The notes: generated from the sequence alone by a model not told the origin. A stretch of DNA of 63,101 nt, filler included, from Collodictyon triciliatum (GCA_043381765.1; 6 parts of 6 records of this genome joined end to end with filler, not necessarily neighbours in it), one strand, 5' to 3'. Numbered from the whole stretch's first letter, positions 31,594-53,877 are shown. Numbers and translations: made by a program.

Positions 31594-34500
31594 GAGGCTG
31601 GTGTTTTTTTTTTCTTTAAAGAAAAAATTACCAATAAACTGTAGGATAACGGAATGTCTTCAGAGTTATATGTAATAGCGATTCTAAGAATCATTCTCAG
31701 GACTTCTTGATGCCCTTTTTTTGGTGCCGAATCCAAAATGTCGAGGATAATGTTGAGTATGTCACTCAACTGATAAAATGATTCAGCTGGGAAAGAAAAC
31801 ACCTCGCACTGTTACAGGTTTATAATTATTATTATTATAATACAGATGAAAAGGAGCAAACGGGGGAAATGAGCCAATATAATGGAATAGAAAATAATGA
31901 CGAAATAATAGTATATGATGGGTAAAAAAAAACTGAAAGTTTACAGTCAGTGAGGCTCGGATTGTAATTTCGAGAAAGTAAGAAATAAATTGTGCTTCTC
32001 CAAATATTTCTCTGTGTTGTTATTTGTTTGAGTTCCAACAAAATATGTAAGTAGCCATCAATTATTTATAGTCGAGTTTAACAGGAATTTTTTTATTCAA
32101 CAATTAAGGAAATACCTCATTTGAGAAAATCTTTCTAAGTCTATCCTTTTGTCATTGAATAATCTGGCAACTGACTCTCGCAGAACATTCATGGCTGATT
32201 CTCTATCATCCTCGATGAATCTGTCACGCTGCTTTTTTGGTAGAAGCTTTTCATCCTAGTTATTGATATTGTGAGGGAATTCACGCATCATGCGTTTCAT
32301 ATAACTTCAAAAAATAAAGATAAAATTGGTGTAGTTAATGATAGAATTCAATAATTGATGTGCTATTTGTTATAAGTATCATAATTTACAATTATTATGA
32401 TCGACATGTCCTCTTCGTTCAGGAGAGAATGATCCAATGACTGAATATTGCTATAGTCATAGGCTAAAGGAAAAATATTACCAAAGAGAACGAAGAATGA
32501 AGAACGAAGAATGAAGAATGAAGAATGAAGAATGAAGAATGAAGAATGAAGAATGAAGAATGAAGAATGAATAATGAAGAATGAAGAATGAAGAATGAAG
32601 AATGAATAATGAAGAATGAAGAATGAAGAATGAATAATGAAGCAAGAAAAGAAGAAAAAAGAGAATAGAGACTGAAAAGATATTTTAGAGTTCCTCTTAT
32701 TCCCAAAATTTCAAATGTGGTGGAATGAAATATAAAAATGACCCAGCTCTGACGTATAATTGATGGGCTCCACCAAAAAACTAAGTGGCTGTCTGTCAAA
32801 ATGCTCAAACATGACTTCTTCAAACGGTTTCATTAAAATATCATGTCCTTCAGCAGCTCGAAGCTGTTTGTCGAGAAATGTAGCCATGAGCTGCGTTTCG
32901 AGCAAGGCGCTCCAGAACTGAGATATAAAAAAGAGAATAAAACCCGAACGGTCATATAGGAGATTAAATACACGACCTTTTTTTTTAAAAGGCGAAAATG
33001 GAGTTATAGAATAAATATGAGATAACCTAATAATAAAGGGGATAAACCTCATCATTTCCACGATTTTTTAGAAAATTGATATGGTTGAACACAATCACAG
33101 GTGTATTTCCCTCTTCCAAGTAAACAAGAAACTCGCGGTAGTCTCTCAATAGGTCTTGATAGGTATTAAAGAAAGCCTTCTTTATCGTGTTGAATATCTC
33201 CGCAGGAAACCCATCTTTCATCATGGTCTATAAGGAATAAAGTATGAGGGCCGAATTTAGACAGAAAGGGTATATCATAAAAAGGATAAGAATTTTTTTT
33301 TATAAAGAACGCAGCAGTGAAAAATTGGATATCGATAGCTTTTCTTTCATGACGTGCTATCATGAGAAAGGAATTGAAATAAAAGTTGAAATTAAATACT
33401 GGGTTTTGTTTCCTCCATGAGATTTCATCGAATCTAGTCGTTGTTGGGCTGGTCAATGGAACAATGATTTCTCTCAGTTTTTCAATATAGCGAGATGGAA
33501 TCAAGGTAATTGGAGAGGCGCTACAAACTTTATTCTCGTCGAGGAGAACAACTGTGGCCTGGCATGTTAAGAGAATAAAAGAAATAGAAGACTTCTTTAG
33601 TGACAAAGCGCCTATGCGGCGTACAAGAAATTAAGGAAGTATTCATGAATCAGCCAAGCATACCCCTATATCCAAGATGGAATCTAAGGGCATCGATTGC
33701 ATAAGTTCGTCTGAAATCCCCATTAAGAAAGTTCCCGGAGCATGTATATAGTCGACCAATTCTGCAGGCAAGCAGGGTATGTAGGCATGTTGCCATTCAA
33801 AAGGAAATAGGAGCTGCAAGAAAGTCTGAAGATACAAGGCAATAAAAAAAAAAAAGCCAAAGATAATCCGGCATGGAAACAGGATTACGAGAATGAGAAT
33901 GAGAATGAGAATGATGTACTGAAATAAAATAATCAACAAGAATAGTGTCGAGAATAAATAACAATAATAATGGCAGTAATAATGGCAGTAATAATAGTAA
34001 AACCTCTGTGACCATCGTCATGAGCCCACTCTGAGAAGAACAAAAAATGACTTTTTGCTCAGTTAATAGAGCTGAAATGACACGCATGATATTCATGAAA
34101 TCTAGACATCTGAACACGGACCACCAAGAGAGCTATATTTAAATGAAAATAAATTGTCGACTGTGCAGAATTTTTTCCCTTTCTTTTCCAATTTGAAAAA
34201 AAATTAAACAGATTTTATCAAATCTAAAGCACTTCAATTACGGGCGTATATTAGTTGCCATTTACATCGACTTATGTATGGTATTTTATAAAATACCCTA
34301 TTATTTGGATTGTTGCTTGGATCACGACTATCAAAACTAAATCCAGAGAACGAAAACTGGATAGAGTCTCGAGTGCCGAACATAGGCACACGACCAACTA
34401 ATGAATGGACAAAGGTCTCAAGAGGGAAGCTCGGAAGTCGAGACTGTGTTGTTACAATCTTATGTAGAATAGAAAAAAAAATTAAAATTAAAACTAAAAA

Positions 34501-34870
34501 ATGATAACTACAAATGGAAATGAAGGTTTGAGTTGATATTGAGGAGAGTTGGTTAAATAGATGAATTATGGGATGGACATGCATAAGAAACCTTGAAAGC
34601 ATGAAGAGCAAAATCTTTCAATAAATTCATGATTGGCTTCCTTGATAGAAATCCCATACATTTCGGAACATAAAAGACGCGGGTCTGCATTTTGAAGCAC
34701 AAAATGGTGAAATGATATAGCATCGGAGCAGTGAGGAGGAAATAATTGCGCATAATATAATTTCCCGTAGAACGTAAATTGAGGGTTTGCATATTATAAT
34801 TTAAAAATTAATGTTGAAATACCCTGATAGGCAATGCCGGCAGATCTGAAGATTCAGAGTCATTTGTGGT
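27171..34870 (-). CDS. DENN-domain protein with SBF2-like region, two GRAM-like and two cyclic-nucleotide-binding domains (both ends truncated)
   Basis: DENN: FYVPKCMGFLSRKP, ALLTEQKVIFCS, LLFPFEWQHAYIPCLP, APGTFLMG, LLETQLMATF. SBF2-like: LRQHPCWANVQFW. GRAM: CITFMSSKFG and GVLSISDESISFQAKVLG. cNBD: LNAGEFFGE and IIKEGD..KGKVRV..MFGEMTFITGGTRAASVRA. Confidence 0.85.
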
Positions 34871-35219
34871 CTATTATAAAAATAGTATATTGCTGATTTA
34901 AATAGTGCGTTTATAAAATTTGATCAGTTTCGCTTGGTAAGGCAAACGAATTGAACAGAGCATAGGCTGCTCTGTAAAGAAGCCATTTAGGCATGCAAAA
35001 ACAACTCTTCCAAAGGAAAATATAATCCTAGAGAATGAGTCCAAACTTTTTTTAAAAAAAGAAAAAAGTTGAATCAAATAAGGGGGAAAATATCTTTTTT
35101 TTTTTTTTTTAAAAAAAAANNNNNNNNNNNNNNNNNNNNNNNNNNNNNNNNNNNNNNNNNNNNTTAATTAATTAANNNNNNNNNNNNNNNNNNNNNNNNN
35201 NNNNNNNNNNNNNNNNNNN

Positions 35220-35360
35220 ATACATACATACATACATACATACATACATACATACATACATACATACATACATACATACATACATACATACATACATACA
35301 TACATACATACATACATACATACATACATACATACATACATACATACATACATACATACA
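35220..35360. repeat. (TACA)n microsatellite at scaffold end
   Basis: Perfect tetranucleotide array. Confidence 0.95.
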
Positions 35361-35867
35361 ATGACGCGCTAGAGGCTAATTGTATGTTCGCGAAATAAGT
35401 TTATCTCTTAATATGGATTAAATGTCAACGAAATAATTCATGAACTTGTGGGTTTACCTATTTTGGCGATTGGCGGAGTCCACAACGAACACCCAAAAAA
35501 ATCAAACTGTCAAAAAAGTGCTGTTATTGTGTGGCATACGCTAGCTTTAGCACAACGCAACGTAACACAACAATTCAGCAAAAGCGCTGGCTGCCCCGTG
35601 AGCAATAACAGACTTCATTTTTTTTTAAGCGTGTCCATATGTTAACTCATATTATTTATTTGAACATCATATCAAGGGGCAGGAGGCTAATCGAGTGCTA
35701 ATCACAAGTATATATACATTTAATTTCTTGATATATTCTATAAAGAAAACAGAACTGATAAATCTCTATTGCCCAAGTGAAATGAAAACCTTGGTAGATA
35801 CTGATCCACCAACAACAACACCAACAACAACAACAAAAAAATAATAATAAATTAATCATGAAAGTCT

Positions 35868-41201
<5,334 letters not shown>

Positions 41202-41716
41202 NNNNNNNNNNNNNNNNNNNNNNNNNNNNNNNNNNNNNNNNNNNNNNNNNNNNNNNNNNNNNNNNNNNNNNNNNNNNNNNNNNNNNNNNNNNNNNNNNNN
41301 NNNNNNNNNNNNNNNNNNNNNNNNNNNNNNNNNNNNNNNNNNNNNNNNNNNNNNNNNNNNNNNNNNNNNNNNNNNNNNNNNNNNNNNNNNNNNNNNNNNN
41401 NNNNNNNNNNNNNNNNNNNNNNNNNNNNNNNNNNNNNNNNNNNNNNNNNNNNNNNNNNNNNNNNNNNNNNNNNNNNNNNNNNNNNNNNNNNNNNNNNNNN
41501 NNNNNNNNNNNNNNNNNNNNNNNNNNNNNNNNNNNNNNNNNNNNNNNNNNNNNNNNNNNNNNNNNNNNNNNNNNNNNNNNNNNNNNNNNNNNNNNNNNNN
41601 NNNNNNNNNNNNNNNNNNNNNNNNNNNNNNTTCACATCCGTTGCTCTCTTCTCCTGTTAGTCCCTCCCCTCTTCACCTTCACAGCAGGACCCCGTCTCAA
41701 CCTCCTCCCACCCTAG

Positions 41717-44646
41717 CAACAAGAACCTCGATGCTCTGGTCAAGCGCTTCCGCCAGCGTGAGTCCTTCCTCACTAGCTGGGCTGCAGAGAAGACTTCTGC
41801 CCTTGAGGACGGAAACCTCGGAGACTCGCTCTATGCCGTCCAGGTAGAGAGACAGCCAAATCCCCGTCCCTGATCAGCGCCACATGGCAACCCAGTGCCT
41901 CTCTCTGAACAAACTCTTTTGCTGCTTCAGGGTCTGATCAAGAAGCACGAAGCCCTCGTTGACGAAATCCAGGCCAATGACACCCGCTTTGAGTCCATCG
42001 ACAATATTGCTAAGCAGATCGCTGCCCTCGATGCCTCTCACCCCGTCCTTGCTGACCTCCCCGTATGACATGCTGCTTGATTTTATCGCTCCCAATCCAA
42101 CCTATTTCACTAGTGAAACGTCCAGCCTGCATCGATGCTTCTATAACTAACCCTTCTCCTTGATTGTATAGGCCGTCCTTGCCAAGAAGGATTCTGTCCG
42201 CGCCGCCGCCGATAGCAAGAACACCCAGCTTCAGGTTCCGTCATATACGTGGACTTGATCTGTTGGCTCTCACCAGTGACGTGGTGTCGTTACATGAGCT
42301 GTTCACGTTTACCTAACCCCGCATTTCCATACTGTTTATTACCCTCAGGCGCAACTCGCTGTCATGCAGCAGCGTGAGAATACCTTCTACGAACTCGCCA
42401 AGCGTGCCGAGGTAATTTCTATTCAAGATCTAAACTTTACTCTTGTGCTATGTCCATCAAGGGATGACCCTCCTCATTCCTGCACTCCCGGTGCTCCCCT
42501 CGTATCCCTATTCACTCGACCAAATAAACTCACTTTATGCAGCGCCTTAACTTGTGGACTGAGGATGCTGTTGATACTTTGACAAACCCCATCCTTGCTG
42601 AGAGCACTGCTGACGTCGAGGTATAACATCCACCATGCTATGTCACATAATCGTGGTAAATTGTCCTAATACTATCCCGCTGCGAAGTACTAATTCAGAC
42701 ACAATCTCCTGTAGAAACTCCGTGCTGACCTTGCCACTTTCAAGACTGAGTTTGACGGAAAGAGTATGCTTTATTAAGATCTCTCTCCCCCAGTACTAGA
42801 TAACACACTCTTCATCCCATTATTTGTTTTTACCTTGACATATTGATATCTAAATGTATATCTGACCAAACAGACGGTGAACTCGCCACATTCATCAGTG
42901 AGAATCAGGCCCTTGATATCACCAACCCCCACTCTCGTTACTCCACTGAGCAGCTCTCTGCTTCCTTCCAGGTCAGCTTCATCCCTTCTTGGCTCATGTC
43001 ATCATATATACCCTGAATTTTCTTCCTTGACCATAATCCCCACAGTTTTTTTGTACTTTAACACAATAATATCATTCCATCAATTTCCATTAGAAAGTCC
43101 AAGAGGAGTACAACACCCGCACCTCTGCGCTGGACCAGGAGCACTCGCAGCAATCCAGTGAGCGCACACCACTTCTACCTTCTATCCCACTTCTCCATCT
43201 TACAGCCTTATCTTCCCCTTATCTAATGTCGCAACTGACTATTAGTCATCTCACTAATGCCAACTTCTTTCTCTGCAGAGCTTGATGTCCTCCGTAAGGC
43301 TTTCGCTGCCAAGGCTGACGAACTCGCTGCCTTCAGCTCGAAGATTGCAGAGAACCTGAAGACCATTGAGGGAACTCAAGAGGTTTGTTCCCTCCTCTTT
43401 CCGAATACATTTGGGAATCATCATTGATATATACTCTCCACGCTTCGTTTCCTACAGTGCAGATATCTCTAACATTCCCACTCATCGGACATGATGCAAT
43501 TATAGGAGCAACTTGTCAAGCTCGAGGCCGCTCGCGTTGAAAAGGAAGGCAGTGCTTCCCTTCTCGATGCTGCTCAGGCTGCCCACCAGGACACCACTGC
43601 CGCTGGCATTAGCGAGAATCCTTACACCAAATACACCTTTGAGGTAGCCTAGTACCCAACCCACCACCCTCTCACTCTTACCCATTACACTAAACGATGA
43701 AAGATAACCCCTCTAATCTATTATCAATCTCAGTGAGGCTGCTACTTTCTCTTGTTCTTTTTATTATATTTATTATTATTACATACTGAGTCGCAGTGCG
43801 TATTCTAGGAACTCCGCGAGGAATGGAGCCTTCTTGACCAGTCTATTGTCGACAAGCGCTCTGCTCTTGAGAAGGAAGTATGTCTAACTATTTTAACGGC
43901 TCTTTTCTATTTCCATCACGGGGTTTTCAAGTGCATGGGATTAGCCTGTGGTTCATCTTCCCGACTTATTATTCAGTAACACACTTAACCGTCCTGCTAG
44001 ATCCTCCTTCGCCAGAACAGCGATGTCTCTCCCCAGCAGCTCCAGGAGTTCCGTGACTCCTTCAACCACTTTGACAAGACCAAGAACGGAACCCTCTCCC
44101 GCCACGAATTTGCGGCCTGCCTGCAAACCCTCGGAGAGGAGCTCACCGTAAGGCGAAGCAGCGTTCACCTCTTCTATATGACGCTTAACTTCCACTCCAC
44201 ACCGCTCCTCAATTCATTTCCCCTTCCTTATCATCAGGAATCCATCTGGACAACTGTTGCCAGCACTGACAACGCCGTCGACTTCGATGAGTATGTGCGC
44301 TTCATGTCCGCCCGTGTCCGCGACTCCGAGTCCAAGGCCCAGGTCGCCGACTCGTTCAAGATTCTCAGCAAGGACAAGGTACTCTCCCTGCCCCACCGCA
44401 GCAGATCCTATCACCTCCCTCCCTCTCATACCCCCACCAATAACAACCCAAGGCTAAGAGAAGCCGTGCGCTGTGTGCCATGAAGCCACCCTAACTCGGG
44501 TTACCCGAATCAAAAAGGACTACATCACCGAGGCCGACCTCCGCTCCGTCCTCGAGCCCGCTCAAGTTGAGTATCTCGTCGCCAACCTCCCACCCAAGGG
44601 TGACGGCTACGACTACCAGGCCTTCCTTGACACCCTCTACAAATAA
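41717..44646 (+). CDS. ACTN: Alpha-actinin (spectrin repeats 2-4 + EF hands); actin-binding domain missing in upstream gap
   Basis: LDALVKRFRQRESFLTSW, GDSLYAVQGLIKKHEA, AKRAERLNLWTEDA, ENPYTKYT, QLQEFRDSFNHFDKTKNGTL..EFAACLQTLG, DYITEADLR, GYDYQAF. Ends in TAA. Strong C-ending codon bias. Confidence 0.88.
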
Positions 44647-44952
44647 GTTACGCCCACTCTGAGCCAAAAGCTGGCATATCGAACACAGAATAAAGGGTCA
44701 GGAAAAAAAGAGCGCCGCCCTTTTCAATCCGTTAGCCTCGACCCTATTCTGGAAGCGCACCTGCGTCCGAATCCGCCTATGTCCTTATTTTGCATGTGCG
44801 AGCGTGGTTCTCTTCGCTGTGCAGATCCACAACCCTACGCAGCAACCACTCCGAATCCACAGCGGTTCTCACACACAAGCCTACTAACGCATCTTTGGCG
44901 ATTCCTTCCTGCATTGCGCGGAAACAGAAGGCTTTGTCTTTGACATCCAGCG

Positions 44953-45405
44953 ATGCAATCCCCTAATGAAAGGCTGCCAGTCTCTTGCCTTGTCCTCGGG
45001 GATGCCCGCTCTGGTAACTCTTTCTTTTTCTTTTATATCACTTAGACAAGATCATTTCCTCAAGATGTTAATCAGAAGGTACTTTGAATCGAATAAAGGA
45101 AAAAAAAAAAAAGTTAAAGAGAAGGTAAGGCCCCCATATAGCATATGGCCATTGTTCGTCATAAACCATTGGGTTTTTTTTTCCCTATTGAGTGTAGGGA
45201 AGACAGCACTAATTGATTGCTTCTTACAAAAGCGATTTAATCGGCTTTATAATGGTTTGGAAAGTTTTGCGTGCTCTATTATGCTTTTCCTTTTCACGCT
45301 TCTTTGTCACTTCTCTTGTTTGTTTGTTTGTTTGTTTGTTTGTTTGTTTGTTTGTTTGTTTGTTTGTTTGTTTGTTTGTTTGTTTGTTTGTTTGTTTGTT
45401 TGTTT

Positions 45406-45447
<42 letters not shown>

Positions 45448-46951
45448 GCTCTTGCTCTTGCTCTTGCTCTTGCTCTTACCTATATCCACAACACATTTAT
45501 TTATAGTTTTAATTTGAATCAGAAACGAAAAGCCCGCAGACCCGCCAATGCCGCCTGCATGATCCAGTTCTTCACCAAACTGCAGTCCTTACTTTTGTCG
45601 AGTTGGGCAACACACCTATTTCAAAGATATATGATTACACCGAATCGACTGTTGTTGCAGCCCTGCTTACTTATGATATAACGGATCGCATTTCCTTTCA
45701 AAATGCGTCTGGAAAGTGAATTTTCAATTCATATATTTTTGAAATATCATTCTGAATACCGCAACCGCATTCTGATTTCCCCCAACAAATTATATCGCTT
45801 CTAGTATATATCTTGCCTCTTCCTCCAAGGGAGCAAGTTTCTAAACAAAAATTTAAACACCAAGATGGTTGAGAATCGCTGAAAGCCTCTCATCAATATC
45901 CATCATTATGCTTGTTGGAACAAAGTATGACCTTCGAAGTCAACGTGCTGTGCCGATTGACGAGGTATTTAGCAAGTGAAAGTCTATCTATTTCATCTCT
46001 AATTTATTTATGAATATACATTCAGAAAGGACTATGCTTTTCTTTTTCTCCAAACAGGCCAGTGAATTTGCAACAGAGTCAGGAGTATCCTTTGTTGAGA
46101 CGTCTTCACTCGACCAATCAAACATCAGCCTATGTCTGCGTTTGTTGAGAATTCGTGTGCAACATAGCAACAGCTCAGAACCAAAAGATGACTTTGTAAG
46201 CAGCGATGAGATGCAAAGTGGCACAGAAGATGACTCAGAAGGAGATGATACGAGCGAAAGTATAGAAGAGAATTACCAAGAGTACACTCCACACAAATCC
46301 AGACCAGTGGCATGGGATGGCAACCCTATCCGTGATGACACTTCTGTCCTTCATGTAAGTTTACCCGGTCAGCCATAATGCTACACACCTTTATATAAGT
46401 TATCAAAAATATTATCGGGTAACTTATTCATTACCTTATTAACTCTTATCTCAAAAGAGACCCACACAGGGCTCCATTCACTCTAATGATTCAGGGTCAT
46501 CCGGAGCCAATTCTGTAAGATCATATATGAATACCTTGTTAAATCACAATTTCCCCTGACGAACGATACAAATACCAAAATTTGTTTAATTAAAGGGAAC
46601 CAAAAATCTATGTCTAATGTGTGAGCTAAATTGAATGCTATATTACGCAAGGACTGGAAGGTATATGGAACAGGAGTTCAGAGCCAACTTCTAACGGATA
46701 GAAACGTGCCCCCAAATAAGTCTATCAAGACACTCTCCGCTTTGAAAGAATCACAACCGACATCTATTATACCATCGAGTGACTTTGTCGTGGAGGATGA
46801 CTCAAGGTTAGGAAAGGCTGATCTAGTCTCCTCATCCACAGTCATTCAAAGAGCGAAAAGAGATGCATCCCAAAGCCAATCTACGTTCAATGCGTTTAAA
46901 CTTTCCCTCAAACCTTTTATCGAGAGAAATGGTACAATATTCATAACATGA
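44953..46951 (+). CDS. Divergent Rab-like small GTPase with long acidic/Ser-rich C-terminal extension
   Basis: G1 LVLGDARSG|KT, YDITDRISF, G4 MLVGTKYDL, G5 FVETSS; G3 region reads FVELGN. C-terminal end tentative. Confidence 0.72.
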
Positions 46952-47489
46952 GAAATATGTAACTATTCATCCAAAAAAGATAACCCCCCCCTCCCTTTTT
47001 TTAAAAACCAATAAAAAAAAATATAAAAAAATAAAATAAAAAACAAAAAAAAAAATACTAAAAGCAATAAAATCAATATAATAAAAAACAACAAAAAATG
47101 GCATAAAATCAAACAATAATAGAAGCANNNNNNNNNNNNNNNNNNNNNNNNNNNNNNNNNNNNNNNNNNNNTTAATTAATTAANNNNNNNNNNNNNNNNN
47201 NNNNNNNNNNNNNNNNNNNNNNNNNNNGGGGGGGCGGGGGGGAGAGGAGAGGGATGGGGGGGAGGGGATGAGTTGGACTCTTTTTTTTTTTTTTTTTTTT
47301 TTTTGAAGGATTTCTTTTTTTATGTAGTCGTTCACTATCTATTCTTTTTTTCTTTCTTTCTCTTTTCTTCCTTTTTAACAAACAAAAAGCAATCAAGTGA
47401 TAGCACACAAATGCTTAACATTAGTAAATTAGATTTAAATAAAACGAATCAAGAGATATGATTTATTAATATGCTGATGCATCAATAAG

Positions 47490-49078
47490 GAACTTGAGGA
47501 GCAAATGGAGCAGAATAAGAAAAATGCAAGGGATAGTTCGATTGACTACTCTGTGAGTTAATTCTTGATTGAGTTTTGGTTGAATACCAATCATCATGTT
47601 AACTACGGTGTTTTTGTTGTTATTTCAAATAACTAAGGAGTATGATATTTCGATGAATTCACTCAATTAGCCTCCGCCGATGGCCAAAGGCATTCCCTTT
47701 CAAGATCGAATTCGAGAAGACAGAACACAATATTTGGTATAGATAGTATAATTATTTTTGTATTCTATGCATAGTATATAGAACTGTACTGCCTCTCATT
47801 CATTCGTTCATTCATTCATTCTTTGGACTGGTTTATTCCTTGACCCTTATGTGATGTTTTTTTTATTACACAAAGGGGGATTTACTCTCGCAAATACTTG
47901 AAAATAAAAGAATACGAGAAGAAGCTCAAAACAAAAAGCAGAGAGAAGAGGATGAGCACGTAAACTCTAATCAACTTATACTTATGGGCATATATGTTTT
48001 GATTATATGTTATGCATCGATTATTTGAACTCACCCAATCATTTTGATCATTATAATTGGTAGTATTTTGGGTGTTTTGAATGAGGTCTCATTTACTCAA
48101 TATTGCATGTATATATATATATATATACTTTGGATATGGGAAGAATCGCTTCTTGATAGAGTCACAAAATGAAGCTGTGAGGCGAGCTCGGCAATTGGAA
48201 GAGCAAAGGCGAAAGCAGCACCAACAAGAAATGACAGACTTTCTGCAACTCCTTGAAAAGAAACAAATGGCATCTGCTCTTAAAAGAGAGCAAGAAGCGA
48301 AAGAAAGGATCGAAGCAGAAAAGTACCTTTGTTATAAATATGTGAACTTGAATATTATATGCGATTTTATTTTTCTCTTCTTTCTCTTTTACATTTACAT
48401 TTACTTTTTTTTTTAATATATAAATATAATTATTTATATTCATTTAAACGTCATGCGATGCAATAATAATGTACTATTCATCACTCTTTTTTTTATTTAA
48501 CTACTTCCTGGTTTACCTACTGTGCATGAATCTGTTACTCCGATGAGACTCATGTCCTAATATCCGCTCCGTACATGATTTCCAAGGCGAAGACAACATC
48601 AAAATGAGCTACAAATGCAACGAGCACGTGAAAACGTTCAGTCAGAAAGACAGTCCCGACTGGCTGATTTGGCTAATTACCACGCCAGAAAACAGAGAGA
48701 AATCGGCCGAGAAGAGCACAGTTATCAAATGGAGCCAGTAAGTTGGACATATGCATCCATATGTCTCCCCTTTTTGAGAGGCATACTCACTATATATGTG
48801 TGAAAATCAACATTCTCCCATGTTCCATATTGATAAAGAAAGAAGATAGTAGAAGGAATCCATCTAAAGATGACTATCCTTTTACCTCACACACGGCGCA
48901 TTTATTTATTTATTATATTTTTTTGCGATTGATTTTTTTTTTTTTGCTTCGATTTGTGCTGCACTTGAAATAGAGAGTGAGACATACCCTTTATGAGTGC
49001 CCGAGTTGCCTTCGCGCTGTGCCGCCGAAAGAATTATCATCCATCACAGCAGATGTGCGGCGCATCGTCATCCAATAA
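47490..49078 (+). CDS. Charged coiled-coil protein with C-terminal CxxC, 5' truncated
   Basis: E/R/Q/K-rich exons spliced in frame, ending ...YECPSCLRAVPP...VIQ-TAA. Confidence 0.65.
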
Positions 49079-49405
49079 AGTTGCGCACTGCGCGTTTTAA
49101 ATCATGTATTTTATGGTTGTACATACCATAGATTGTACATTTTTGTGGTCTTTACACTTAACATATAAATGAATATGTAATAGTTCGGCGAGATTCCCGG
49201 TATCAGATTTTTACTTATTTATTTATTAACTCTAAATCATGAAATGAAATTGCTGTGGAAAATAAAGGTTTGTTCTTTCTCTCTCATTATGACGATATCT
49301 TTCCCTCATTTTCCAGTGAATAGCATGCTTAAAAAAAAGAAAAAAAAAGGTAATTTGCTCGTCGATTGACAAGGTGCCTCGAACAGATGCAGAAAGAAGT
49401 CTATC

Positions 49406-52409
<3,004 letters not shown>

Positions 52410-52911
52410 GCGACCTTCGGATCACCCGCTTGCCAAAACTTTGCTCCTTAGAAAGGTTGAAAACCAAGATATGTCTTCAAAGATTGCTGTGCGGCAAACA
52501 AAGCCCGAAAAAAAAAGAAAGAAAGAAAGAAACAAACAAATATATTGAATGTAACAAAAGGAAGAAAAAGAATAAAGAGTGGTGAAGATTAACCATACAC
52601 AAACAGCGCCGCTCCTTTTTTTTTTTTTTTTCATTTATTCTGTTCGGCCACTTAGTTTCATTTTTTTTTTTTGGCAGAAACCGACTTATCTCCATGTCGT
52701 TTATGACGTGGCTATAAGCGCTATGCACGTCTCCCTTCAAAACGGCGGAGGAAAGGTGTGTGCTTTTTTATTTTTGGGCGGACAACAACGCCGAAAGGAA
52801 TTCGCTGCGCGGCGCAACCTTCTGGACTTGCGATGCGGGAGAAAAGCGGCGGAGCAGACGAAACAGCGGGGTCGACGTGCGGAGAACAAAGAAGAGCAGA
52901 AGGCGGTCTTC

Positions 52912-53819
52912 TCAATAGTATTTGTTTATGCTTATCCCTCGAGAAGCAAGAAGGAGCTGCAAGATGGGCCGCACAGGAGAGGCGGAGGGAAGTTGTAAAT
53001 GCCCGTGGACAAGAACGAAACGAGGGAAGACGGACAGAAAAGGTATTCGTTCAGTATGTTATGCTATGGCATATCTTACAGGTCACCCACATATCTTTCT
53101 TCTTTTTTTTTCCCTCTCTCTCTCTCTTTTACTAATTCATCAGGACTTACAATCTCAATAAAAAAGAAATTTAATAATAATAGTAAGATGAACTAGCTAT
53201 ATGCGGCGTATTAGAAGAATAAAAACTTGATGTTTTTCAAGAAGAGTTGTGGGAGTTACGAATGTACCTCGTGTGTGAGAATCGTGGAAACAGGTAGTTG
53301 GAGCTTCTCGATTGTCGACCCAAACACGGCCTGATAAAGAAATAAACACAGCAGAGATGTACAATGGTTACAGTAGTGGTATAAAATAGGAAAATATTGA
53401 GTACCAGCAAGTACATAATTAGTTTGGTCTTTTTCTTTTTACTTTACATTTGTATCGTCGAATCTCACAAAGGTCGATGTAAATACTGATATTTTAATTT
53501 TTTCATGGGTTTTATTTTCTTTTTCGCTTTTTAGTAATTACATTGAGAATATTTCCGGCCATGTTAAGTAGTCCAAGGATAGGAAAGAAAGTCCCCACGA
53601 TTCTGTATCAAATTATAAAAGATAAAGAAAAATATACACATTAAAAAAACCAAACCTCCCCAAAAAATAAAATAAAAATAAAATAAAATAAAAAAATTGG
53701 ACTTTTGCTACTTTTCACCAATCGAAAACGTCGCTGATTCAAAGGGATATACTGAATGGTTTGGCGGTATATTGTGGGAAAAAAAAAAACAATTTATTCA
53801 TGAAACACAAACAGTCAAA

Positions 53820-53877
<58 letters not shown>

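Noticed and set aside
41717-44646. Alpha-spectrin assignment
   Set aside because: The first visible repeat (LDALVKRFRQR..W) and the EF-hand region match alpha-actinin repeats 2-4 better; the N-terminus is not available to settle it fully.
47638-47670. Apparent second in-frame TAG in the coiled-coil gene
   Set aside because: Better explained as the splice acceptor (caattag|CCT) downstream of an ACTAA branch point.
53587-53596. GAAAGTCCCC resembling RNase MRP CR-I
   Set aside because: It lies antisense within a probable coding exon in AT-rich context, with no matching P4 partner.
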